A DNA stretch of 62,290 nucleotides, the filler included. It is 14 parts of 14 records of this genome, joined end to end, with 100 filler letters (N's around TTAATTAATTAA, not from the genome) between each part and the next. Parts side by side here need not be neighbours in the genome. Positions count along the whole stretch, not along the records: positions 8,806 to 12,299 come from SRR15195285_10715; positions 12,400 to 16,539 come from SRR15195285_10734; positions 16,640 to 20,307 come from SRR15195285_10736; positions 20,408 to 23,520 come from SRR15195285_10746; positions 23,621 to 29,284 come from SRR15195285_10760; 9 more parts are not named here. One strand, written 5' to 3'. The notes under the pieces are model-generated. The model did not search any database and was not told the DNA's origin. It saw only the letters and a list, made by a program, of their open reading frames with translations. The position numbers and the translations under genes were made by a program. Shown in pieces: positions 11,974-23,996 of the stretch (positions within the stretch are counted from its first letter, which is position 1; each line of letters opens with the position of its first letter).

Positions 11974-12535
11974 CTGCGCACGAGAGCAGACCACACGCAG
12001 CAGCGGGAAAGCCGACAGCTATCAGCAAACTACAGGCAGACAGGCAGGCAGACAGGTAGACTAGCCTTCCGCCCCGCCCCGCCGCGCGCCCCCATATGTC
12101 TCTTGCCCAATCCCTCTCTCCATGTTCCAGCTCCAGAGCACCTGCCACTCTGCGTCTCCCTGTCGTTGTCCCCCTGACTCCCGCTCAGAACGCAAAGGGG
12201 GGCATCACAGGACTGCCTATAGCAGCTGCAAAGGAACCCCGACAGTAGCTATACATGAGCTAAACCCCAGGGAGGCCCACGGTGTATATATATGGCGATN
12301 NNNNNNNNNNNNNNNNNNNNNNNNNNNNNNNNNNNNNNNNNNNTTAATTAATTAANNNNNNNNNNNNNNNNNNNNNNNNNNNNNNNNNNNNNNNNNNNNA
12401 CTTCTCACCCCCTCGATCCCAGCCGGATTACACGCATTGCGTCCATACTACGTATACAGCTGGGCCCGGCCGCGTCGCCGCGCGGGCGCGGCGTCGTTCA
12501 CTCGTCCCTCCTCGCAGCTCCCTTGGTGCTCAGAG

Positions 12536-15500
12536 ATGGTGGCTGCAGGCCGTGGCGCTCTCTCCGCCGTACTGAGCGTGCTGACGCTCATGGTGCCGAC
12601 GCTGGCGCAAGATCACCGCCCGAGAGATGGCTGTGGGATTCCGATCGACTGCCCATGCCCCGGGTTTCTCGACTGTGTCGGAGGCAAATGCGTCAGGCAG
12701 GCGACCGGGCAGTGCGAGTTCTTCAACAGTGCAAATGATATGGGCGATCCGTGAGCTACCACCCCCGCTTGCGCGCTCACTGCCACATACGCGCCTGAAA
12801 CGCTGCTGCTATCTGACTGCTGGCATCTATAGTGGTGGCTGCGCTGACAAGTATCACGAGGAGACGCGCTGGCGCGAGTACTGCGACGTCATCGGCGGAC
12901 GCCAGGCACGGCAGTGCAATGATGCCTCCATTCAGCCTGGCCACTGTGGTGGCGACGCCGTCTTCACGGGTTACGTGTTCTGTGACGGGCAGCTGCAGCG
13001 CGATGGAAGCTCGGCGTTCTGCACGCCAGACTCGGTCGGCTCCGCGGAGTTCACTCCACACGGCGTGGGTGCGATCTACCGGCGTTGGGATGACGTTGCA
13101 GGGGCTGGTGTAGCTGAGATGATGGCGGACGAGCATTTCCTAGACAACAACGGGGCACCCGATGCAGAAGAGACTTACAACGATTTTTTTGAGGCGCCGA
13201 CGGACGTGTGCGACAACTGCGCGAGCGAGCTGGTGGGCTACTTTAAGGCGCCGGTCGACGGCGAGTACACATTCTGGATTGGTTCGGATAACCAGGGCGA
13301 GCTCTGGTTCTCGCCAGGTGGAGGCGAGGCGCAGGGATCTGTGATCGCTGCCGTGCCCAACTGGGCATCCGCGCGCCAATATGACAAGTATCCAGAGCAG
13401 CGATCCCCACCCCAGCAGCTTGCCGCTGGCTCCTACTCGTTCATGCGCGCAATCGCGAACGAGTTAGACGGTGGTGACAACCTCTCCGTTGCTGTCACGC
13501 TACCTGATGGAACTCTGCTGGCACCGATCCCGATTCAGACCGAGAACAACGATGGTACCGCTACTACCTACATGTACTTCTCGCGCGAGCAGCAGGAGCA
13601 GTTCGCTGGACAGGTGCCACGCGACAACGGACAAGATGACGTCGCCACACCAGGCGCCTTCTACAAAATGTGGGCAGGGGTCGAAGGCACATCGATTGAT
13701 GATCTTCTTGCAGACCCTGACTTCCTGGAACACATGGACGAGCCGAGCGAGTCATCGATTCTCGCAGAGTTCTTCGAAGCGCCCTCTAATGTCTGCGACT
13801 TGTGTGCGACTGAAATCTCGGGTTTCTTCCTGCCACCGGATTCCGGTGATTACACCTTTAAGATCTCAGCTGATGACAATGGTGCACTGTACTTTGGCGA
13901 GTCTGAGTCTTCGGGTGAGGTAATCGCCACCTGTCCGGGTTGGTCCTCAAGCAGGCAGTACGACAAATACGCAGAGCAGATCTCCGATCCGATATCGCTA
14001 CAGGGCGAGACATTCTATTACATCAAAGCGCTCGTGAATGAGGGCGGTGGCGGCGATAACCTCGATGTTGGCATGATTCTGCCTGATGGCACAGACGTCA
14101 GTCCAATCCCAATTGTACCGTACATCTATCTCGGCACTAACCAAGACATTGGGGCAATGCTCCCTGGCTCGCTAGAACCGTGTGGTGGGGCGTCAGACTG
14201 CTCACCGAGAGGGCGTTACCGACGCTGGGACAATATTGACGGGATCAGCATCGACCAGATGCTCAACGACGAGGAGTTTTTGGACGATGGCGGCGCGCCT
14301 GACGAGCAGCAAATGCTGACAGAATTCTTTGAAGCCCCGACCGACGTCTGCGACCAGTGTGCCTCAGAGCTCACTGGCTGGTTCAAAGCGCCCACGTCAG
14401 GGCCGTATGTGTTCACGATCGCAAGCGACGTACGTACAGTACAGTACAGTCGTAGTTCGATAGAGGTCTCGTTTGCTTACGATTGTCGTACGTACTGTAC
14501 AGGATAATGGGCATTTGTATTTCGGGGAGACTGAAGACCGTGCGGAGCGGATTGCGCTGGTCGAAGGCTGGACTTCATCGCGACAGTGGAACAAGTACCC
14601 AGGGCAAGTGGCGAATCCACTGCAACTAGTGGCAGACAATTTCTACTTCATCAAGGCGATTTCGAATGATGGCGGCGGAGGCGATAACGTAGCAGTGGCT
14701 GTCCGCCTTCCCGATGGCAGTGCGCTCGAGCCGATTCCGATCTCTCTGGACGGAGTCGACTACATTTACGCCTCGCTTGACGATGCGCCACCTCCACCGG
14801 TGGCAATGCGTGGCTCCGCAGACTGTCCCAACTGCACACCTGGCCTGACGTTTCGTCGCTGGGACAACATGCCAGGAACTGCGCGCGAGCAAATGCAAGC
14901 AAACCCTGCTTATCTTGACAGCCTTGATCGTGGCCCAGACGCCGCTGAGGTGTATACAGACTCGATGGAGGTCCCGGTAAATGACTGTGATCATTGCGAT
15001 CGTGAATTGACTGCCTAGTACGTAAACACCTATACCTAGTTAGCATTCTGCTGCCCCTGTGGGTCTTAGCAGCAGCTTCAGCCTGTCCTTCACCTGTGGG
15101 CCGAACTTACATCGTTGCTCCCTTTTTGCACTGCCGGTTTGCACGCTTCGTTGACACAGCTTCAAGGCACCTACTACTGGTACGTACACGTTTTTCCTGT
15201 CATCTGACGACCAAGGTGTCCTGTTCTTCGGATCATCCGAAGTGGCGAGCGAAATTATCGCCTCGGTCCCTGGCTGGACCGATAGCCGGCAGTGGGACAA
15301 GTATGAGGAGCAAGCCTCCTCACACATCGAGCTCGTGGCCAATGACTACTACTTTTTAAAAGCCGTTGGGTCGGAAGGAGGCGGAGGCGATAACCTCGCG
15401 GTTGGTGTGCAACTGCCAACGGGCGAGCTGGTAGCGCCAATCACTGTCGAAAATTTACTCTTCACCTCCAGCGACCTGACGGCAATCCCTTTGATTCCCT

Positions 15501-15955
15501 CAGTACCACCGCAGGGCGGAGGTCGTGAGTGCCACAGCGACGGCCGCTGTTCAATCAATGAATGCATGCAGGGGATGATCCAGCAAGTAACACGTGCCTG
15601 CTGCCCTGACCCAGCCCTCTGCCCGAATGGAGCTCCAGCTACGTGTAGTCAACGTTGCTCTGCTGCTTTTACTCAGATGTATGAAGCCTGTCCGTACGTG
15701 CACTGACAAAAGCACGAGACAGTCCGTGACTGCCGCTGTCAACTACCTCTTAACTGTGTGGTTGTCACTTGCAGGGAGCAGCTGATGCAATTCCAAAGTT
15801 TCTATGAAACATGCACTGGCAACACGTTGTGCGAAGCTAACCACCGTGTGAGGCGCCACAAGTGCAAACGATGCCCTGCCGGTCAGACAGCTCCTGCTGG
15901 TGCTGACCCAAGCGGCGAGAATACTGATTGTGTGGCAGCCGGGGGAGGTCACTAA
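12536..15955 (+). CDS. Secreted protein with four PA14 domains and Cys-rich modules (introns 12751-12832, 14430-14502, 15018-15159, 15694-15774)
   Basis: Signal peptide; four repeats of (G/A)(Y/F/W)F.(A/P)P..G.Y.F...(S/A)D(D/N).G.L.F...GG(G)DN. All four GT-AG introns restore the frame. Confidence 0.88.
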
Positions 15956-16141
15956 AGGGCTGGAATTGCTGATTGCTCCGAGAACCGCTCGAGTTGTATT
16001 ACTGAAGTGCCCACTGTTTACAAGCAGCAGTTTGACTCCTGAGCACACTACAATAATTATGGTATAACGTGCGCCGTCTTCGCTTCATTCAACCCACTTT
16101 GCGCATGCTCGCTCGCCCTCTTCACCCTGTCCAGCGATAAG

Positions 16142-16539
16142 CGCTACACGATACCGTTTTTTATTTAAAAAAATACATGATACCGTTTTTAAGAACGGTA
16201 TCGTGTAGCGGCCGGTAGCGCTCGACCCTTTCGCGACTACCTCCACCCGCGCGACTTTTCCATCATTCGCGACTACCGCCAGCTATGCGACCCCTCCACC
16301 CCCACGACTTTTCCATCACTCATGACTACCACGTACTCCGCGAGAAAGTGCCCAGGTTGGGAAGTAAATTGCTTGTGAAACGGTGGGGTCCCCACCGTTA
16401 AGGAAAGTGGTGGAGAGAGCTCTCTGCTCCGCCACCATAGGAAGGTAGATGGAAAGTATGAAGGGAAGGGGTGGCCCACAGCGGGCTGGCGAGGGCAACG
16501 CCGGATACGATGACAATGGGCATAAGGCCTTATGCCCAT
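16142..16539. repeat. Cluster of inverted repeats, hairpins and a degenerate direct repeat at the contig end
   Basis: 17-bp IR at 16142-16158 / 16194-16210; hairpin AACGGTGGGG-T-CCCCACCGTT at 16379-16399; 24-bp perfect palindrome at 16516-16539. Confidence 0.7.
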
Positions 16540-16639
16540 NNNNNNNNNNNNNNNNNNNNNNNNNNNNNNNNNNNNNNNNNNNNTTAATTAATTAANNNNN
16601 NNNNNNNNNNNNNNNNNNNNNNNNNNNNNNNNNNNNNNN

Positions 16640-19600
16640 TGCTGCTGCTGCTGCTGCTGCGGCCGCTGCGCTGTCATCACAATCAGTAGCACCATCAGCA
16701 TCATCCATGGCAGCATCGCGCTTTGCTGCTTCCTCTGCTTCAATCCTTCGCCGTTCGGTTGCACGACGTGCCGAGCGTTCTGTGACTTGAAAAAGTTGTG
16801 GGCTGTTGAGCGTGCATCGACTGCAAGCGCATCGCCCCCGCTCCTCCAATTCACACACGGAATCTTTCTCCCGGATGCACTGTTTAACCCAATCTGGCAA
16901 CACATACCTCTTGTCGACCCAGTTAGCCCCATCCTCGGACTGGAGTGCGCTCTGATGCAGAAAGTCACGGTGCCTTCGCGCCTCGGTAAATTCATTGATG
17001 TCATCCTGGACGACGACGTGAGTCGTCAAACTGTTCATCGTATGGTCCACGACTGCACCGTGCAACAGTAGATCAAATCGAATGTCATCATCAACTAGTC
17101 GTCGGTCCAGAGATGTGCCAGGCGGTGTGTAAACCCAGACGCGACATACGCGGAACAAGTTTGACGAATCCTCAAGGTGTACAATTTCGTCGTCGTCAAA
17201 CTCTAGCAAAACATCTTTGAGTTGCGTGTTTTGTAGAGCGATGCCGGGACCAAGTTGTGTGCACGCTGCAGTTTCTGCATGATTCTCAGTGCTCCCCGTC
17301 TCAACGGTTGGCTGCATTGCGCCATCAAAAATGTAAGTTGAGGGCCTGCCTACTGGCGCCAACGTCGTATCCAGGTCTGCATTCTCGACCTTGCCCAACA
17401 CGTGCTCCAGCTCTGTCGCCTCATCCAAGTAATCTTTGTAGGAGTCTCCGAATCGATCGTAGTACTTGCTCTGATCTTGACGGGTTTTGGCACGCGCCCA
17501 GAGGAGGTCAGAGGGGCGCAGTGGCACCATTTTCCGCTGTGCGATGCATGCTGCTACCCAGTTTGAATGCACGACGTCAATATTGCGGAGGTTGACCTCT
17601 TTGTAGGTCGTCATATCATCTGTCTTTCCATGTTTAAAGCGCTGATTCAAAATCTCGTGCTGCGCTTTCTGCGCCCTAATGTAGTTCCCAACTTTGCCTT
17701 TCTTGGCGTTGTCTGCAACAATGAATCGTGTATCGTCTGAATATTGCTGAGTTTTTGTGCCTCCATGCCGGACAATCTCACACTCGATTTCTGCTTTTGT
17801 GTGAGGCTTTGCAACCCCCAGGACACAGAACTCTAATCCCGTGAAGGTGCTGAATTCCTTTCGGATATGCGAAGTGTTCGTGTCCTTGTAGTGGGCCACC
17901 ACTTCTCCCCGCCTCGCCTTCTTTGTGGTCACGCCCTTCCGCTTGTCTTTGAGCGATCCTGTCCCTCGAGCCATACCGTCAGCCAACATTGCCTTAGCGA
18001 CGACCTCCCCGTATTTCTTGGCGTCGTACTCGTCCATGAATCGCTGTAGCTCATCTTTGGTCACGGCCTCGTTCCAGTTCTTGTCGTGACGGATTTGTTG
18101 GCATCGGGGAAAACGCAGCGTCCTGCCGATGTTGAACTTGTCGCTGGGGACGATACAGAAATACTTCACCTCCAGGATGATCGAGTTGTGCGGCTGGATC
18201 CAGACGTCGGGGCGCTCCCCTGCTCCCGGCTTATATCCGCTGGCCCATGAGAACGGCGGGGGGAAATCCCTATACTTCTTCCAGTGTGGCTCCAGCTGCT
18301 GCTGAAGGATAGACAGTGACTGATCAGAATATCCCGACCCCACTTTGCAGAGAGCTTTGAATTGATAGTCATCACTTGTCATCCCAGCGCGTTCAGCGAC
18401 ACCAAGCAGAAAATGCGAGATGTTTGCACGGCGCCGACCATCACCATAGTATCCGCCTAGCACAAGCAGGTCCAGGTGATCACCCGCAGCATCCACATAA
18501 TCTGGCTTCACTTTGACCCAATTGGACTTACTCCGACTGTCTTCACCCATAACGTACTGACTTCCAAGGGCCTTGAGCAAAATCCCTTCGCACTTCATAT
18601 CCAATGAGTCAATCAAAGCCTTTGAAACAACCTGGGCTAATTCTTCCTTGGACGGGTTTTCGACATAGACATTCTGTTGCCTTCCGCTGTGTTTGCTCTC
18701 CACTCCGACAATCTCAACCCAGTTGCGCTTCTCCCGGAGCACAGTTTTCAACACTTGCCTGCGTTCACGGTAGCTGTTGCTCAATAAATTTTCGCTAAGG
18801 ACGAAGTCTGGTAGTGCCGTGCGGATGCTTGAATCGCCAGGTAGTTCGTAGCCAGGCAACGCATCTTGGACAAACAGGCAGTCGAAGCACATGTAGGCAA
18901 GGTTCCACTCTGGGCGCTGGTTGTTCCCTAGCGCAAGCGATTTGTTCTGCCCAAATGGCACCCATTCTTCGCGATCAGAATCCCAACACAGCATCTCCCC
19001 ATCCAGAACGCAGCTATGCGCTCTGATCGCTTCGCGCAGCTCGCATACAATCAAGCCATCGAACTTGACTTCAACATGCTTTCCACACAGTGTGCAGCCG
19101 TCTTCGAGTTGCGCTCCCACCCGAGAACAAAGCCCCTCGTTGAAAAACTCGACAAAAGCATACTTGACCGTTTTTTCTTTGAAGAGTCCTGTCTGGACTG
19201 GATGGATCTTTTTTACGCACCCACGCAAGCCCTGCCCGTTTTCGCACAGCCTCCTGATTTCCTCGGCGTGTACGTCCTCATGCAGTCCTTGAAACAGCAA
19301 GCGTTTGCACCGGAAGTGGGAGCTCATGTTCGGGTCCTCGTTCCCATTCCTTGTGTAAAAGCGAATGAAGTCACCTTCCTTGTGGCACAGCATGCGGTCG
19401 CCGTCATATTTGGTCTCTATGGCGAACTTGTTGCCAAGGTCTTTAGATATCTGAATAATCTTCCCCGCGAAGTCGCATTTGTGTGCCAGCATGGGGGATA
19501 TCACATCATTCGGCTTGATCTTATTGGCGTAAGTCCACTCAGGATCAGCGAGATCGGCGCAGACGTTCTTAAGGTTCTGGCAGCCATCGAAATGCTTGAG

Positions 19601-20260
19601 CCCGTCCGGGTGGAACCATTTCAAGATAACACCGTGGTTCATTCCGATCTTGAGATCCTTGAGGATGATGCGCGAAACCCACTCCATCTCTCTTGCTGTG
19701 CATGTCTGGAAGAGCCTAGCAAGGCGCTCCTTCTTTTCCGTCTTACTTGCACGGTACAGGTTGTCGAGCATAGTGTTCAGGTCCCGGACCTTCAGGTCCG
19801 AGGCATGTGGACTGCGCTTGCTCATCACCTTGAACAGGACGGCCGGAAAGATCCCGGCGACGCTCGCGCCGAGGTCGCGCCAGTTCCCCGCGCCGCGCCG
19901 CGCCCCGCCGCTGGCTGCAGTAGGGTCTCTCCAATTCATCAGCTCGATATTGTCAGGGTGATCCTTCGGTAAGTTGTAGATCTCGCAGTAGAGCTTGGCG
20001 ATTGACGCCTCTTTCAGATTGTACACAGGGCGCTCGCGGTCCAGCTCTGGGCAGAGCAGCCGCAGGATGCGGAAGTCCGGAATCCACCTTTTCCGATGCC
20101 CTGTCTTGTAGTACCGGCCGTGCGCCTTCCAAAAGTTCTCGAGGATGACTTTGCGCTTGTCTGAATTGTTCTGGTCGCGGATCCCGGTCATGAGCCCAAC
20201 GAGGTGACCCAGTGGCGCGTCATCGATGTCATAGTCCGCCCCGAGCGGCACGGCGTGCAT
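16640..20260 (-). CDS. LIG4: DNA ligase IV (DBD, adenylation, OB-fold, two BRCT) with an RRM-like insertion; 3' end cut by the contig end
   Basis: YNLKE, ILKDLKIG, ETKYDGDR (motif I), LDGEM, EGILLK, WVKVKPDY, LCKVGSGY, TLRFPR and IRHDK, followed by C-terminal BRCT repeats. Confidence 0.95.
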
Positions 20261-20407
20261 GGTGCCTGTCCGCCCCAGCGTCCCCTGCGTCCCCTGCGTC
20301 CCCTGCGNNNNNNNNNNNNNNNNNNNNNNNNNNNNNNNNNNNNNNNNNNNNTTAATTAATTAANNNNNNNNNNNNNNNNNNNNNNNNNNNNNNNNNNNNN
20401 NNNNNNN

Positions 20408-23400
20408 ATTTTTGACGATCATGAAGTCTTTGATGAAGCCTTTGTTTTGCATTTACGAGCCCAGCAGCTACGACTACCCAGTCACAGTTGCTGACAAGGA
20501 CTTACAGTGCTGGACCCTTGAGCACTTGAACCTGGTGTGGCCGTCTTTGTGCGCACTGTGTATCTACTTCCCATCAGCTACGCTGACGACCGCGATCAAG
20601 TACTCCCCAGAAGAAGACATTCGTTATGTCTTCTTGTACACTCGTCTGGAATTCATCGTGAAGGGGCTCATGCTTTTTCTCTCGCTCAAGTTCATCAACG
20701 AACCTATCATTGCCATTGTGTTCCTGATGCTCGGCTCGTGCACGATTATGCTCATGCTTTACTACATGAAACCTTGCTGCCAGCAGATTGCTATGCGGTG
20801 GAAGTACTTCGTGCACGTTAGCAATCTCTGGACTTGCATGACGACCATATGGGCGATAGTTGCCGAAATTGATCACAACAACTGGACAATTCACCTGTAC
20901 ATTGCAGCAACCGGGTGGGCGATCATCTTCGTATGGTGGCTCATTGTGATCCGGAAGCTTGACAAAAACGACGTTTTGAACGCCGCGGTGGACGAACCGA
21001 CCACCCATCCGCGAGCATGCGCTGAGATTATGGAGCTACGTACTTACATCGGATACTCCCAGCGGCAGCACGTCTGGGGCATTCATGCGGCGATTCTCCG
21101 TCTGTTGGAGTTCGCAACACACGAAGATGAGGCAGTGCGGCTGAAGGCTTTCGAAACCTTTGCAATTCTGTCTTTTTGGGATCACGTGACTGCCAGAAAG
21201 TTTTTCATTGAGTTCACACCAAACACCGCCATGCAGATAGTGCTGAACGCCATCACATCAGAGCAGGACGAGTCGTTGCGGATTTTTGCTGTTCGCGTTC
21301 TTGGAGCTTTCGTGCGCTCAGATCTGCATATTAAGCAACTCAACTGGTACATAGAAAATGACAACGAGGTGGATGTAGCTGCGAGCATTGCGAGAATGGC
21401 AAGAGCTACCGTCCGCCCAGAGGCGAGAGTTGACTGTATGCAAACTCTGCTGGCTATGACATACATTGACAGCAACGTGCTGGATGCGATTGCCGATGAC
21501 TGTATCCCGTTGCTTGGCGAATGGGCACAGAAAGGTTCGTTGATTGAGCAGCATCTGGCTGCTGAATTGTTCATGCTCGTGTCGGGCCGATTCGACTTGA
21601 CGGCGGACCTAATCGCGAACGGGGCGTTGCCAAAGCTGGTGTCTCTCTTCATGGCGGTCGACGATATCGAGGTTAAGCCAGAGACACTCAAGGCCAACGA
21701 AACAGACGGTTTTCGGCCGGGTTGCATGCAACCACAGCATGCTATCATGTACGCACACCAGACGCCACTACGAGTCCGGAAGAACTTCCAGAAAATGTAC
21801 CGACGCGTGAAGCACATTTATCAAGGCCAGGACAGCTTCCAGATGGCAAACACACCCGGGGCGGTAACCGAAGCTGGCGACGAGGAACAGAAGAAGGTGA
21901 AGCGCCAAGAATCCACCGATACTCAACAGATGCAGATGCACAGCGGCTCATGCCGCGCTTCATCCTGGGCGGCATGGTGCAATTGTGGCGCGCCTCTGGC
22001 CATTGAAATCAAGAAAAAGCTTGTAGACCAAGGATTCAAAGGCGTCTCGAAGGTGCGCTCTACTGGCGTCACGCGCGCTCATCTGGAGGAGCTGTTTGCC
22101 GTCATGTACGAGACGAGGGATAGAACGCTCGACACGGCCGCTACGTCAGGCTTCTTGGACGGTGCGGTGATAGCGGCGTACCTTGCGAAAAATGGGCTGG
22201 GTGAAAAAGAAGATATCGAGGAGATCATGCTGGAAACCAGCCTCTATCAACATGGGATTGGCGAGGTTGACGACACTACCATTGACGAACGGCTGCCCAA
22301 GGACGTTTTCTCCCAGTGGTTGGTGATGTCCCGGCCTGAGAACCAGGACGGTCAGTCTCCACGGGAGCTAGTAGGAGATTCCCTTGCTTTTCGGGTGATG
22401 CGTGAGTGTATTCCAACGTTTCGGGATGCAGACTACGATCTCAACAAGCTAGAGAGGGCTGTGAACAAGCTCTACGACGATATTTTTGCTAGGTACAGAG
22501 ACACCTACAGTGGGGCTGACGCTCTCGTTCTGCACAAAACGGATCTTGCGTCGTATCTTACCGAAGAACGGGAAATGTACGGTGGGACTGTGGAGCAGCT
22601 CATAGCGGACATCGATACAGAAATATCGCGCGGGAAGACGGACACGGATGCACGCGTGCAATTGAGCGCCCTTCAGGTCCAGATTATGAAGGACGAAATT
22701 ACTCAGGCAACAGTGCAGACTCTGACGGAGATAGCAATTGCACAGGGTGCTCAGGGTCGCAGCGACATGGTAGATGGGGGCGCACTAGTCATCATTTCCC
22801 GGTGCTTCGGGCTGTTCAAGCCGCCAGACGTACACATCTTGGCACTAAACATGCTGCACGCACTCATGAACGGCCGCTTTAGTGAAAACGACATCAGCCA
22901 CGACGGCGACCTGATGGGATTCTATTCAGAGATACAGGAGTTCAATGTGAAGCTTGACCGTGAGCCGTCAATGGCACCGATTCTGCAGTTCGAGAGACTT
23001 AGTGCTGTGCAGCGCCGAAAGGCGCATATGATGGCAGCTTTCCTCGGCATGTATCACCGGTCGATCGGATCCCCTGTGAACAGAACGGTGGTGGTGTCAA
23101 GACAACCGATCACTAAGGCCTTGGTTGCGAAAATCTGGGTCGAGGCTGAGGGTGCAGTGCCCGATCAAGCTGACGGCGAGGATGATGCAGACACAGAGCC
23201 ACCGTTGATATACAACGCCAATAGACAGTCTCAAAAAGACGTAGTATTTGTCAATCCGATGACATCGAATGACGAAGGAGACGCAGACGGTGTCGACAAA
23301 GTTGACCCTCAGTATGTCAACGTTGACGGTAGCAACGGTCCCTTGGACTTGGTGAAGCCGCTGGTGCTTGACGACGAAACGAGCGGTATGCCAGAAAGTG

Positions 23401-23520
23401 TGAGCAATGGCTCTCAGTCACCAGGAAGTTACAGAGATAGCACAACATCGCTTCAGCAGCTGCAGGAAGTCGAGGCCTTGGCTGAGGACGAGACGGTTTT
23501 TGAGGCATCCAGAGAGAACA
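20408..23520 (+). CDS. Partial multi-pass membrane protein followed by ARM-like repeats and an R3H domain
   Basis: About 5 TM helices at the N-terminus, then helical repeats, then R3H-like LQFERLSAVQRRKAHMMAAFLGMYHRSIG..RTVVV. Open at both ends. Confidence 0.75.
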
Positions 23521-23996
23521 NNNNNNNNNNNNNNNNNNNNNNNNNNNNNNNNNNNNNNNNNNNNTTAATTAATTAANNNNNNNNNNNNNNNNNNNNNNNN
23601 NNNNNNNNNNNNNNNNNNNNCGCTACCTTGTCTTGTCTTGTCTTGTCTTGATTCTGAGTGTCACTGAATCGGACAATCACGATTGAATCAATTTCCAGCG
23701 GAGAACCAGTATCCAAGAATTAAGCGACAGTAAGCGCCGGAATGAAATTTTAAAAAGATATCGACAGGCCTATATACTCTACAATCAAGCGCCGAAGTGT
23801 AAATTTTTAAACAACGGACCCTCGCGCGCGCGCTCCGTCCGCATCCACGCGCACCTCCATCGCGCGCGCGATCCGTCCCGCGCGCGCCCGCGCGCGCGCG
23901 CAGCGCCGCGCATCGCGCACGCGGCGCGAGCATGCAGGTTCGATTCGCCGGAAAAACTGACGGGGCTGCCGTGCGGGCGTGCCAACAAGGTCCGCC

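Noticed and set aside
15016-15018. Apparent premature stops and frameshifts in the PA14, esterase, GH31, ALG13 and EFHB genes (pseudogenes or recoding)
   Set aside because: Those I traced are resolved by canonical GT-AG introns with correct phase, e.g. TA|GTACGT..CAG|C gives Tyr.
16640-16660. Microsatellites at contig edges ((GCT)n here and at 29258-29284, (CCA)n near 36600, (ACCACG)n at 44547, (CCCCTGCGT)n near 20280)
   Set aside because: Ordinary simple repeats that explain assembly breaks; not telomeric arrays.
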